Assembly (NCBI RefSeq): GCF_009914755.1
Contig: NC_060936.1
Source: the human T2T-CHM13v2.0 reference genome, Homo sapiens
Length of the DNA stretch: 64,000 bases
Strand: one strand, 5' to 3'
Part shown: positions 28,895 to 44,760 of the stretch, one piece after another
How the letters are laid out: every line of letters starts with the position of its first letter
Position numbering within the stretch: position 1 is the stretch's first letter
Made by a program: the position numbers and the translations under genes
Notes under the pieces: generated by a model
Seen by the model: the letters and a program-made list of their open reading frames with translations, nothing else
Databases searched by the model: none
What the model was told of the DNA's origin: nothing

Positions 28895-29572
28895 ATTTTT
28901 CTTAAAAAGTCTCTAATAGAGGTATAAAGAAAATTAAGTGAAATGATCAGTGTTTCCTTTGTCAGTGTTTTAGATTAAGGTATTCTCTTGTGGTAGAAGT
29001 AGATAAATAAAATATACTTTTATTTCAGAGATGTTTAGAACATTATGATATTCAATGGATCTAACTGGAATTCTTTTCCACTGCTGATCAAATAAGATAC
29101 TGTTTATAGGAGAAACCTTATAGGGTTGGAGGCCATAAGGAGCAAAGAATAAAAAAGAAGTCATAATGCAGTGGCTGATTGCAGGGAGTGGAGAAGGCAA
29201 ACCATTTTTTTGAATTGGCAGAATTTGGTGCCTAAGTCGATAGCATTTTGATAACTTAGTATACTTATTGAAACAGATGTACACCAGAGATAGTTGTTGA
29301 GTACCTACTATGTGTTCTGTGGAAATTTAGAAACTTGTTATTTGTATTCAAGGATCTTATAATACATTATAGTTCAAAACTTTATGTTAATTAGAACATA
29401 ATAGCAATAGTACAATAATGATCTAAAACAAAAGCAGTTGACCTAAATACATAGTTTCCTAGAAAGTCATGACATTCAGGAAATACTAGGAAATTAGTTT
29501 TAGGCATTTAGCTAGTTTTTTTAAAAAATCTGAATTTTGGAGAGTTCTTTTGGCTTTAAGTAAATGATAGAA

Positions 29573-29865
29573 GGCCAGGCATGGTGGCTCATGCCTGTAA
29601 TCCCAGCACTTGGGAGGCCGAGGTGGGCAGATCACCTGAGGTCAGGAGCTCGAGACCAGCCTGGCCAACATGACAAACCTTGTCTCTACTAAAAATACAA
29701 AAATTAGCCGGGCATGGTGGCAGGCGCCTGTAATCCCAGCTACATGGGAGGCTGAGGCAGGGAGAATTGCTTGAACCCGGGAGGCGGAGGTTACAGTGAG
29801 CCAAGATCGCGCTACTGCATTCCAGCCTGGGTGACAGAGTGAGGCTCCGTCTCAAAAGAGAAAAA
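29573..29865 (+). mobile_element. AluSx/Sq
   Basis: 15-bp TSD aagtaaatgatagaa at 29558-29572 and 29866-29880. Confidence 0.95.
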
Positions 29866-30064
29866 AAGTAAATGATAGAAATGACACTAGACCCTTGGCA
29901 CCTAAACTGTTATTTGCTGCATCAACTCTCATTGGATTAATAGTTATACATTCTAATATATTCTAAACATTCTAGTAGACCATCTAGAAGCACAGGCCTG
30001 GGTCACTTTAGCTTGCTTTGCATAATTACATACTATGTATAATTGCCGAACATTGTAAGTTTGC

Positions 30065-30290
30065 ATCGTAGTCTCTGGAGTCAGACAAACCTGAATGGGA
30101 ATCCAAGTTCTGGTATTTATTAATTATCATACTTTGAACAAAATACTTATGCACTCTCTGCTTCAATTTTATCATCTCTGTAATGGAGACACCACATAAT
30201 AGGATTGCTGTAAGAATTAAATGAGATAAACTGTATCAAGTACTTACCGCAGAACCTGAAAACATCATAGGAAATCAATAAATATTCTTT
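30065..30290 (+). mobile_element. MIR
   Basis: ctctggagtcagacaaacctg...aataggattgctgtaagaattaaatgagata. Confidence 0.75.
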
Positions 30291-32112
30291 TATTAGATAT
30301 AAATGTTAAATTGCTTAAAAGTCTAAACTTTTCTAGTAGACATTTTAAAATTGGAATTATTGCAATAAGACAAATAGCTTTAATTTGAAAAAGGCTCAAT
30401 TTGCAATTAACTCAGTACTCAGTGCAAAAGATTTAAACTAGTTTAAAAGTTTTTCATTTTTTTTCTTTTTTCCTTTCCAATATTTTCCCAAAAAAGTTTT
30501 CCATTTTTAAAACTTATTCAGAGAAAAACATGTGTAAACTTTGATATATATTCCATGAAACTTCATGTTGAATTGTATCAGGAAAGAATGTCAATGTTTG
30601 GCAAATGCCTTGAACCTTTGTCAGTAACACAGTCATTCCAAATGCTTTTCAGGAACACAGTCATTCCAAAATGTAAATCTTTGTATTCTCTATAAATCAA
30701 TAATTCCCACACACTGTCTTTCTGTAGTAGTAAAAATCAATCTACTAATAAGGTCTGAAATGTCCTTGCTTAATTATGGGGAAGTTAATGAAACCCTGCC
30801 TCCTGTGCATTTTAAATAAAAGTACAATAGTGGATCATTCAGATTTGCACTTCTTTAAACTGCCCTTTCCTACAATGTTGTTCAACTGCAGTCATTGAAC
30901 ACTCTAATTTATTGCCTTTTATCCTGGCTAGCTTTCATATGAAAAAAAAAGTGCAAGTTTGTTTTCCATACTTTATCTAAAAATGTTATGTAGGCCAAAA
31001 TATAATATTTGGCTTTCAAAAGCTATGAAAAACTGACAGTTTTGTAGTAAGCTTTTATTTTAAAATAATATTGAGGTTAACATCATTACAAATGAAGGTA
31101 TTGTAATGAAGACTTAGAATAATGAATACAGCCTCTATGTGTCAGAAATTTTTTGAAATTTACTTTACTTTCACATGTGAAATAGTGAGGATTAACTGTA
31201 CTGAGAAGACAGTTCCTTATTTTCTTTTAATTTTTATTTATTTTTTTCTTCTGGTCTTACTTTAATACAAAAAAGGATTTTATTATAATTCTGTTACCCC
31301 TTAGATATGCTAGTCACCTCTAGAGTTCTAAGATGAGCCTATGATTTTGAGCTTGGAATGAAAGCAACTTGATTTTATATTATGTTCGTTGTACTATTTT
31401 GTTTGCTTAAATTGCTGGTGATACCATAATTCTAAAGTAGAAAAAGACCTTAGGGAGTCATATTTTCCTTAAGACAGTGACCTGGAAAGTTACATTTGGT
31501 TCAGCCACCCTAAACTTCCTAGAAAATAACTCTTCTGGACTAGGGTATCAAGAATATCATTTTGAGTTTATTTAAGGCATGACATTTCCATTCCCTACAT
31601 TTATGCAGCCTCCCAAATCCTACATGTCCAGAGCCAACCCCTCTGAAGCTATCTGTGATGATGACCCCCAAGTGGCCAGTGATCTTTCCTTCCTGAATGT
31701 CCCTTAAACTAAGTAGTCTGCACCATCATATCTAGAACTTGTATTTTTCTTTTTTTCATTATACATTTAATAATTGGCCAGCACAACACTTTACATAATG
31801 AGAAAGTATTTTCCTATTTCATCTGATTGAAAGCTTCCATCACCTTTGGAAGGGAAACATGGTAGTTATTAATGACCACTTCGCAGTTAAGGAAACATGA
31901 GCTCCAAAGAAATCGTCCCTTCTCCAGTGTTACACCTCCTCTGACTAGAAACAGTGTTCAGACACTCCGTATTCTGTACTGTGTTTGCCTTGGGCATAGG
32001 TTTTGCCTTCTGATTAAGCCTGTCAAGTCCTCAAGGACCCGTTCCTATAGGAACTCCACATTGCCGACTCCACTTACAACAAATTCAGTTGCTAATTCCC
32101 TCATATCCTAGA

Positions 32113-32420
32113 GGAGAGCTGTCCAAAAGCCATATTGGTCATTTTAGATTTTTTAGGAGTTACATTTTAAAAAGTAAAAAGAAACCATTGAATAAGTGAA
32201 ATTAATTTTAAAATATTTTTATATAATACAATATATCCAAAATTTTATGATTGTAACATGAATTAATATACAGATGATTGAGACATTTTACGTTCTTTTT
32301 TTTCTCATAAGATTTCAGAATTTTGTGCGTGTTTTACACTCACAGCACACTTCTCTTCAGCCTAGCCACCTTGCAAGTACTCAGTGACACTTGCAGCTAC
32401 ATACTGGGCAGCACAGTGCT
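32113..32420 (-). mobile_element. MER33-like hAT MITE
   Basis: aaaaagtaaaaagaaac...gtgaaattaatttt...ttttacactcacagcacac...ctagccaccttgcaagtactca. Confidence 0.65.
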
Positions 32421-33334
32421 TAAGATTTCTCCACAATGTAGCTACAAATCAGCTTCTACTCCTTGATAACAGATTAAATGGAAATCATCATTAGTTCCAC
32501 ACCAGAAGACAGAAATGAGTGATTCATAAATAATTATAATAATAAGAGGCTTAGGGGAAAATATGGATACCATTCATTCTTGTGAGGGTTTTTGTTGTTT
32601 TTATTAATTTGTTTTGCCCTGTGATTCCTCATTCAAATGGGGAAACCATACAACTTACAAAGAAAACTCTATTTCATAAGGTGTCGGATGCTTAGCATTG
32701 CATTTATTATTCATTTGTATTCTCTTCTGAAACGTAAGTCTGATTATAAATCTTCCTTGTTTAAAATTGTTCAATTTTTGCCCACTGATGCTTCTAAGCA
32801 TCCTCCATTGAGGTCCTGCTAGACCAACAAGATCCAAATATCCAGCCTAAACACAGGTATTTTTAGTAAGGACGCCAGGTGGTTTTTATCATCAAGCCAA
32901 TTTGCAAAGCTGACCTGTGAAATAAAATCTGACTCCTTAGCATGCCACATGGGGTCCTTTCCAACCTAGTCTGTGACTAGACCTCCTACCCATCCAGAAT
33001 TCAATTTCGGCAATTGAGAAGTACTTGTTATAACTCTCCTTCTCTCCTACTTCCTTCAGCCAGACTCCTGGTAAGTCAATCTCAGGGTCACCTCTTTGTG
33101 CCCTTGCCTTCTTGCCCAGCCATGGATATGTCCGCCCCAGACTCTCACTGCATCTTGACATTCTTACCTTGAGGCTGTGAAAGTCGCCCCCTCTCATTAT
33201 CTGTCTGTGTTGCCTCTGCTTCCTCACTGAGAATGGGACTCATGACTTTCAGTCTATTATTTATGTCCACGAATAAGGAGCCTGGCACAAGAAAATATTC
33301 AATAAATATTTTTTAATGAAAGCTCGCTGGTGCT

Positions 33335-33540
33335 AGTAATAATAACATGTCCATCTGTTTCATAGTGGTTTACAGATTGCAGCATGCTTTTCACTTATAT
33401 CATCTCATTTAATTCTCAGCACAGCCTTGTGAGGTGGGAAGTATTGTTTTATAAAATGAAATTCCGAGAGGTTGAGAGACTTGCCACATGTCACATGACT
33501 TGTATTAGGTGACACTGTAACTCCAATCTGGGTCCATCCT
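33335..33540 (-). mobile_element. MIR
   Basis: atctcatttaattctcagcacagccttgtgaggtgg...gagaggttgagagacttgcc. Confidence 0.65.
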
Positions 33541-34899
33541 AACCTAGTCTGGGTCCTTTCTGACCTAGTCTGTGACTAGATCTCCTACCCATCCAGAATT
33601 CAATTTGGTAAATTGAATTAAGTAGCGTACATCCTGACGCTTCCTAATTTATGTGCAGAGTATAAGAGAAGCATAAATCTTGGGTTCAGATTTCTAGTGA
33701 AGTGGAGAAATTGCCTTTGTTTATTCAGTTGATTCACTTAAAAAAAAAAAAGCTCACTTTTATGGAATTTTTGCCTGCTCCAAATTTTTAGCCTAAAAAA
33801 GCTTATTATGCAAAATTTGCACCTGGTGTTTAGTTAATCAACAGTCACCAGGTTGTATAAATATTCACATGAGCTGTGAGCATGGGAATAATCAATAGAG
33901 CCCGTTGGCATCTCATTGCGTTGCTCTGAAAGACATTTCAGTGGCTCTCCCCTGTCATTTAGGAAAATCCCTTCTGTCCTTTGGATAGAGGTAATAATAC
34001 ATCTTAAGAGAATGTAGACCCCTTTGGTATCATAAGGAAATTCTGACCAAATGAGAATGTGAAATAACAGAGATGATTTGTGATACTTTAGAAATGTTAT
34101 TATATTATTTGCTAGATGATCATGAGTATCACACCAGCGTATCAATTTTATGTCCTGGTCGTAGTCATTCAGTAATATATTAGAGAAACAGCCCAGTGTG
34201 GATCAATCTTTCCGTGAAATATGTATCAGTTTGTGGCTTCACACAAATTTATTTTAAGAGTTAGGGCTTCCCTTTCTGAGAGCAATAGCAAGACATTCCT
34301 TCATTTCGTCTGTTTCTAGGCAATTCCATTTTATTTGGCAAGTATTAGCAGATTTTTATAGCTGAGAGGAACCATTTTTTCTTTTTTTTTAACAAATTAA
34401 TTGCAGCAGTTTGAAAAGCACACTCATTTTGTGCATTGTTCTTGTTGGATTATTGGTATTGATTCATTCCGTAGTGATGCTCTGGTAGAACAGAAATGAA
34501 ATAATAGTCATTTAAAAAAAAACAGTAAATTTTAGCCTCCATTAAAACTGCCATTATGATTATTTAGTAGGTCTTGACCTAGATTTAAATAATGACTGCT
34601 TACAGCCTCCTCAGAGATCACATTTTTCCGCCTAAAAGTGGTTGTGCTGTTTTATGCAGTTTTGGGGCATTCATGGTGAAAAGTCTTTCCTAATATTCTA
34701 TTAGGTAAATCTTTTCTATGCCATTAAGTGCCTTTGGGCTCATGAAATCCTTTTAAAGTGCTTGTCCCCATGTTGGACATTTGACAAAAAGTACCAAAAA
34801 GTACTGGGTGTGGAAATAGGAGTTTGTTGCTATTACTGCTATCATCATTATCAGAAAGGTATCAACAACCAACATTTCATGGAATTGTGATATAGCTAT

Positions 34900-36190
<1,291 letters not shown>

Positions 36191-36764
36191 TGCCGTGTAT
36201 CTTGTAACCTACTTACCCTTCAATGCATTATGTTTTCCACACTCTTCCAGTCTGAGTCAGTTTCTGCTCCTCTTTCCATAGCTTCCTGTTGCACTTCATT
36301 GTTATGGCAGTGAACAGAGTGTAAATGATTGGTTTAGGATTTGTCTTCCTAACAAGAAGGACCTGTGTCTTACAAACCTTTGTATCTCCAGTGCCTAGGA
36401 CACTGCCTAACACAAAATGGAAACTCAATAATTGCTTGTTCACCTAAACTAAAATGAACCTTGAGTCTAAAAAAAATGATTCAGGTCAATACTAACCTAA
36501 AAAAGCCTCTAAAAAGGGGTGGGAGCCTTAATAGACTGTCAGAGAATCTAGGGGTAGGAAGGAAGCTGCAATGTCTTATGCAGAAATAAGGCTCACAGTT
36601 TTTCTCAAACTCACCCCTTGCACTTACGCTTTCACCACTTCCAGCTTTAATGTTCTGTAGTTCCCATGATGACAGTGGTGCCTCTAGCTGCAGCCGCCTG
36701 CGGCCCCATGGCAGGATTCATGCAGTGTGGGGCCGAGTGCACCATGGGCTTCCTTGATTTGTTC

Positions 36765-37059
36765 TTTTTTGTTTGAGACAGGGTGTCACTCTGTTGTCCG
36801 GGCTGGAGTGCCAGTGGCGTGATCACAACTCCACTATTGCCTCAAGCTCTAGGGCTCAAGCGATCCTTGCACCTCAGCCTCCTGGGTAGTTGGGATTGCA
36901 GGCATGCACCACCACAACCAGCTAATTTCTAATTTTTTGTGTGGAGATAGGGTCTCCCTATCTTGCCCAGGCTGATTTCAAACATTTGAGCTCAAGCGAT
37001 CTACCTGCCTTGGCCTCCCAAAGTGTTGGGATTACATCCATGAGCCAGTCTGCATGGCC
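36765..37059 (-). mobile_element. AluJ
   Basis: Dimer; TSD-like ttgatttgttc / ttgatctgttc. Confidence 0.9.
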
Positions 37060-37200
37060 CTTTGATCTGTTCCGAGCAGCAGACACAAATTTATGCGACC
37101 AATCATTTATTTTACTCTTTAAGGTAAATTCTTAAAATTCTTTAAATTCTTTGGTGCTGATTAAGGTGAGCACAAATCTAGTGAAGTCATATTAGGATAG

Positions 37201-37635
<435 letters not shown>

Positions 37636-38637
37636 TGATTTTTTAAAAATGATCTTTCTTATGATCCTTTCCTTATTTGTCCTAAACTTTTCTAAATGGA
37701 AGAGGTAGTTGAATGGATTATCCTCCATGTTTTGGAGTTGATTTTCGCACAGTGATGCTCTGGATTCTGTTCCTTACATGTTTCCTGTTATGGAGAATGC
37801 TGAGTGCCTTATTTTGATTGGAAAATTACAGATGACACAAAATAACAGTTAATTTTTGTAAAACAAGGATGAGGATTTAATTGTTAAATCCATCATTCTC
37901 ATGATTCCCTAGTTCTTGATCTTAAATCCTGATGGAAGTAAGCAAGAAAATATTTAAAAATGAGACCCAAGAAAAAAGCCTGTATAATTTTTGTGTATTT
38001 CTGATTAGATTTGAGATTTGTACTTTTATCTTTTATTTCTTACTTGGCACTAAGGCAGCTAAAAACAAAAACAAAAACAAACAAAAAAAACCCCAGAAAA
38101 CTAGTTGACAGCTTAAGATGTTTGATTTACTTTCTCTTAGTGCAGCAAGATGTTCTAAAATTACTTCATCTTAAAAGACTTACTGGGATCCCTGAATGGG
38201 AAACACTCCACCCTTGATATATTCTTTTTCTTCATGAAACAAAAAGAGCTCTGCGTTTTTGAAAGACAAAGTTTGGCAAACATGCTGATTATAATACTGT
38301 ATTGGAAAACACTTACTTTGATTGACTAAAAACCAGATGCTGTTCATAGTAGTTAAAAGCCTGTAATAATGTGTTCAACTCTGGTGTTCAGCACACGTCT
38401 GTGAAGTTATAATAAAATCCTGCAATCTAGAGGTGGAGAGACCAAGCAAGGACACTTGAGAAATTCTTCCCTGTTTTCCCCCAGGACTCCCCAGAAACAG
38501 CAGTATCTGAAGCCTGACCTTATTGAGGGCAGAGATCTTGTTTCATTAGTTATTGTTTCTTCTTTGCCGGTATGCAAGCCTGGCACAGTATAGGTGCCTG
38601 AAAAAAGGTTTGATGGATAGAAGGATGGGAAGTGTTT

Positions 38638-38963
38638 GGCCGGGCGCGGTGGCTCACGCCTGTAATCCCAGCACTTTGGGAGGCCGAGGTGGGCGGATCA
38701 CGAGGTCAGGAGATCGAGACAGTCCTGGCTAACACAGTGAAACCCCGTCTCTACTAAAAATATAAAAAATTAGCCAGGCATGGTGGCAGGCGCCTGTATT
38801 CCCAGCTACTCGAGGCTGAGACAGGAGAATGGCGTGGACCCGGGAGGCGGAGCTTGCAGTGAGCCGAGATCGCGCCACTGCACTCCAGCCTGGGAGACAG
38901 AGCAAGACTCCGTCTCAAAACAAAAACAAAAACAAAAACAAAAAAAAGAAAGAAAAAAAAAAC
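38638..38963 (+). mobile_element. AluY
   Basis: CpG-rich; (CAAAAA)n tail; 17-bp TSD aaggatgggaagtgttt. Confidence 0.96.
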
Positions 38964-40272
38964 AAGGATGGGAAGTGTTTGATTAGTCAGACTGACAGAT
39001 CAGGGTCAAAAGTCTCCAGGGGTACCAGTTACTGGCTAAAATCCTTAGATAAAGTATTTATACTCCTTAAACTTCAATTATTCTTTGTAAAATGGAAGAT
39101 AATACTAAAACCTACTTCATTAGGGCACAGAATAGTAAACACTGAGTTATTATTAGTTATTTTTAAATTAAGCACATTTCCTGACTCCCCATTCAGAACC
39201 TGACCACCTTATTCATGGACTTGCTGTGAACTTGCTGTTAATGAACTTGGTTAAACATGGTCAAGTGTATGTATGTATATATTATCAGTACTGGCCTTCT
39301 CTATCTAAGAGGAATAGCAAGAAATTTAGAGACATTATTTGGACATTGATTTCTACTAACTCCACTGAATTAGATTCAGCCTTCACTTTTTGGGAAATGC
39401 ACGGACACTGGGAAAGATGAAATGAAGAAGTTTTCCAGCATGATGTTCTTGTCTTTGGAGCTTAGCCTTACTTAGGTCTTAGAACAAAAACAAGTCGGTA
39501 GTTATTAGTTACTGTATCTCATTTTCCAAAACACACGTTTCTTTGTTACAGTCATTTACACATATTTTTGCATGCCACATTTTTGCTTTTGAGCTTTTGC
39601 TGAATCACTAAATGACCACCTTTCATGTTCCTAATGTATTAAAATTATCAGAGGATTCTTTGAGGATTAAATGTGTCAGTAAGGGTATTATTTTGAACAA
39701 TGCGTAAAAGGTGAAGGCCAGCTGAAGAGGCCTTTTTGTTGTGAACAGAATAATATACTGGAATCTGAGGACTGCACTGTTATGAATGGATTATTTGGCT
39801 ATGGAAAGAAGTTATTTTTAGGCACAGCATCCCTATAAGCCCTGAAGCTATGTGTTTTACAAACTAGAAATTATGCACTAAATAAAAATTACCAGATGTC
39901 AGTCTCTGTATGTGCCAAATGGCAAATGTGTAATGGTTCAGAGCCTGGAAGAAATGATGCTTATTTCTTTGCCATTCAAACTCAAAAGGGATAGCTGAGG
40001 TAGAGTGCTGTTGAAAAAATTGCAGTGTTTCCAGCTACCCAAAGATGTTACGAATTGTTATCTGAAAGGCTTTCATTCTTTCCCCTCATGGCTCGTTGTG
40101 TGTTTGTGGCATTACAAATGTAACCCACATATTTATTCTAATTTATTACATTCTTTCCTGAGGCTCCTCTTGTTCTTTTAAAGGGTCAGCAGATAACTTA
40201 TTTTAAGAATCAACCTGGACACAGTATTCTAACAAAGGTCCAATACAGAGCTAAATAAATAATAGGAGTCAT

Positions 40273-40552
<280 letters not shown>

Positions 40553-40633
40553 TTCGTGACTTATATCTTGCACATACCAGCATACCTCATTAATTTTAAT
40601 GTAACCATCCATTGGCTTCTCTTCTCTCCTTAG

Positions 40634-40829
40634 AAATTCGAGCTCAACTGGTAGAACAACAAAAATGCCTGGAGCAGCAAACGGAGATGCGAGTTCAGCT
40701 TCTCCAGGATCTGCAAGATTTCTTCCGAAAAAAAGCTGAAATTGAGACGGAATATTCCCGGAATCTAGAGAAGTTAGCAGAAAGGTTCATGGCAAAAACA
40801 AGAAGCACTAAGGATCATCAACAATACAA
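40634..40829 (+). CDS. SRGAP1: SRGAP1 coding exon 2 (196 nt), start of the F-BAR/FCH domain
   Basis: Translation (E)IRAQLVEQQKCLEQQTEMRVQLLQDLQDFFRKKAEIETEYSRNLEKLAERFMAKTRSTKDHQQY(K) matches my recollection of the srGAP1 N-terminus. Acceptor cttctcttctctccttag|AA, donor AA|gtaaga. Phase 1 in, phase 2 out. Confidence 0.96.
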
Positions 40830-41338
40830 GTAAGAGATTTGAATCTAATTCACCTTTCCAAGGGTGATATCCATACTGCCTTTGCCACCTTTGTGGATTT
40901 TTTATTTTTCTATTTTTGTCTGAGTAGTGGTTGTAGAGCATATTCTCATAAATAAAAGCAGCCCTCTACATTTGTAACTTATGGGCATCAGTTTATCATT
41001 TTAAACTAGTGTAATCTGTTGACACTTTTGTCTTTCCAATACATATATATTTATGGATAGCTTTATATGCCAGAAGAGAAGGTATATGTTTGTAAAATTC
41101 TTGATTATAGAAACCCGGGAGTTGATATCTGCTATAGGTAGGACAGATTTAAAATAGGTTTTTGTTCAAGCAAAGACCTCAAATTTTCTCTAGTGAATTT
41201 ATATGAAAGTAAGCAGTAAGAATTGCTTGAATTTTGTGCCCCCCTTCCTGCCCATCATGTTTATGGTCATTGTAATTGACACTGATTTAAAACAAAAGTT
41301 TTAAGGAAAATGCTATGAATGAGCATAAAGTAAGTTTA

Positions 41339-41722
<384 letters not shown>

Positions 41723-41839
41723 TCAGGACAGAGAAAGACAAGTAAGCAGACAACTCCAGTGAAATATTCAAGTGCTCCAACAGGGGAAGGCGGGGGAGAC
41801 CCTGGACAGACCCAACTGATATCTGTTCTGCATTGGAGG

Positions 41840-42170
41840 TGGGGAAGGGAAGGTCCTGAAAGAAGTGGCATCTAAGCAAAGACCTGAAGGACTAGTTGGT
41901 CAATAAAGGAGAGAAGAGGAGGATATTCCAGGCAAGGGAAACATCATGGGCAAGGGGCCGGCAGGGAATGTACCACGCCTGGCTAAGGGATGTACAGCAG
42001 GTTTGCAGAACAGAAGTAGTCCAGTGGGAGTGAGTAGGGAGGCGATGAGCTGCATGGCTGCAGGTGTGAATCAGAGGTCATGGGGACCTGGGGATCTTCC
42101 TGGCCAGTTGGGACCTTTTCCTGAGGGCATGAGAAGGAACACTGCAGGTAGAGAGAAGTTGACCTGTTTT
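41840..42170 (-). mobile_element. L2 fragment
   Basis: gacctgaagga...attccaggcaagggaaacatcatgggcaagggg. Confidence 0.6.
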
Positions 42171-42731
42171 GGAGATAGTAAAAAGACAGTGCAGGCTTTC
42201 ATTTCTGTAAATACAGCAGGCCAGATCATCTGAAAAACATGTCTATCTGAAAACTCTCAGAAATGCTGGTTAACATATAATGGACATCCTTTTACATATA
42301 AATTTCTAGGGGCCAAAAAAAGAAGAGGGAACTGAAAACCTAAGTGGCAATTGTATCCACCCTTTAATTTCACTTGGGGCAGAGAAGATAAGGTCTGTGC
42401 CAAGTAAAGACTTGGAACTGAGAGCTTCCTCCCCACCAACCCCATTGCATTGCATCCCAGAACCAGAAGAGCTACTATCTCAGTGAAATGGTAAAACAGA
42501 AACCCCTCTACCCACCTTCACAGGGCACAACAAGAAGACCTGGCTGCTCAGCCTGGGCTCCTGTTTGGAAGGGGCTGTGGAGAAGCATGCCTTTCTGTCA
42601 CCATTGGCTTTGCAGTTCCGTTCATTTCACACCTCTCCATGACCTTGGACCCTGCATAAAAAAATGGGATGGGAACTATCCCTGGGCTACTTGTGCAGAA
42701 GCAAACACAAAACTATTCTGGATAAGAAATA

Positions 42732-42897
42732 CCTCTCTGTTCTCTTCCTTTCTCTTCTCTCCTCTTCTCTCCTCTCTGTCTCTTCTCTTTTCTCTCTTCT
42801 CTTTTTTCTTCCTCTCCCTTTCACTCTCTCTCTCCTCTCTTCTCTTTTTTCTTCCTCTCCCTTTCTCTCTTCTCTCTCTTTCTCTCTCTCCCCCCCG
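42732..42897. repeat. CT-rich polypyrimidine low-complexity tract
   Basis: About 165 nt almost exclusively C/T on the + strand. Confidence 0.92.
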
Positions 42898-43114
42898 ACA
42901 CACACAATCTCTCAACTTTAACCTTTACTGTTGGTCCAGCATAAAAATAAATCTTAATGATGATCCCCAGGGTGAACAAATGTTATATGTATTTAACAGA
43001 GAGCGGGGCTGGGAAGCAGAGGCTGGAGCCAGTACTGTATTCACATAGTAACTTAACTGTTGCTTTTAAAAAGCAGTTGTAATTAAGAAGACAGCCCATT
43101 CATCTATTCAGTAA

Positions 43115-43409
43115 TTTTTTTTTTTTTTGAGATGGAGTTTTGCTCTGTCGCCCAGGCTGGAGTGCAGTGGTGCAATCTCGGCTCACTGCAACCTCCTCCT
43201 CCCATGTTCAAGCAATTCTTCTGCCTCAGTCTCCCGAGTAGCAGGATTACAGGTGCCCACCACCACGCCTGGCTAATTTTTGTATTTTTACTAGAGACAG
43301 GGTTTTGCCATGCTGGCTAGGCTGGTCTTGAACTCCTGACCTCAAGTGATCCGCCTGCCTCAGCCTCCCAAAGTACAGGGATGACAGGTGTGAGCCACTG
43401 TGCACAGCC
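43115..43409 (-). mobile_element. AluS
   Basis: Dimer; TSD attcagtaa. Confidence 0.94.
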
Positions 43410-43669
43410 CATTCAGTAAATATTTTTTAGTATCTTCTGTGTTTTGCATTTGGTAATTGGTGGCTGTGAAGGGAAAATATGGATGGGTCCATGTACCTTA
43501 TCTGGCCCCATGGTGGATGGACACGTTTTTGTTTCTCTTGGTTTATTTGGTAGTTTTCTTTAAAAGGTAAGCAGTTTGAAATTTTCTTTAATTTGAGTAA
43601 GTTTATTATTGAATATGGGACTGAAGATAAGATGAATATGTCTCTGAAAAGGATAAAACAGGATTGGGA

Positions 43670-43815
43670 AAAAAGTCAGCCAGACTTGGGTTTGAATATT
43701 GGCTCCACTTTGTGACTTTGGTTAAGTTACTTAACCTCTCTGAGCCTTGGTGTCCTAACTTGTAAAATGAGGTTTTATGACCCTTAAGTGAGAAATGTGA
43801 TAAACTCTTTGATAC
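43670..43815 (+). mobile_element. MIR
   Basis: tgtgactttggttaagttacttaacctctctgagcct. Confidence 0.75.
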
Positions 43816-44078
43816 GATTGATAACCAGCCCAGGATATGCACTTGATATTCCTTCTCCTTTTAACCAAACACATGTTATGTCTTTAGCATGATATCATTA
43901 CCAATCATTTAAGCTATATTCTGGAGTCTGGTTCTTACTCAGTTTTGGGACACTTATTGTGTAGAACATTCTTTGGCCTAAAGATGCCACTGCATAGTGG
44001 AAAGACCAAGGCTTGGTTTAGCTTCCCTGGACTAAAAAAAGACTCTCTCAGACACTAGCTTTGGTCTTTATCAAATCA

Positions 44079-44473
<395 letters not shown>

Positions 44474-44529
44474 TTAAGTAGAGTTGATGTCTGTAAAATC
44501 TTTATACCAGCCCGTGATAAAACAGCTGA

Positions 44530-44760
44530 CTTTATATAGCACTTACCATGTATACAAGGCATTATTATAAGCATTTTAAAATATATGTTAACTCCAGTGA
44601 TTCTCATGAACAATCTTATAAGCACTGTTATTTTACCCATTCTACAAAGTAACTGAGGCACAGAGCAGTTAAGATCATTTGCCCAAGATCTCATAGCTAG
44701 TAAGGGGTAGTCCTGCATGTGAACCTAGACAGTGCAGCTCCAGAGGCCATGAGCTTGACA
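44530..44760 (-). mobile_element. MIR
   Basis: aactgaggcacagagcagttaagatcatttgcccaagatctcatagctagtaag. Confidence 0.78.

Noticed and set aside
30625-30672. Short local duplication of aacacagtcattccaaa (similar ones at ~22330 and ~50951)
   Set aside because: Ordinary slippage-type micro-duplications with no further structure.
40830-40956. Exon 2 read-through stop (TAA at 40831) with AATAAA at 40951
   Set aside because: The donor gtaaga is strong, the TAA is simply part of the donor consensus, and a lone AATAAA in AT-rich DNA is uninformative.
42488-43048. 186-aa ORF with an apparently hydrophobic S/L/F stretch
   Set aside because: Produced by the CT-rich tract; low complexity.
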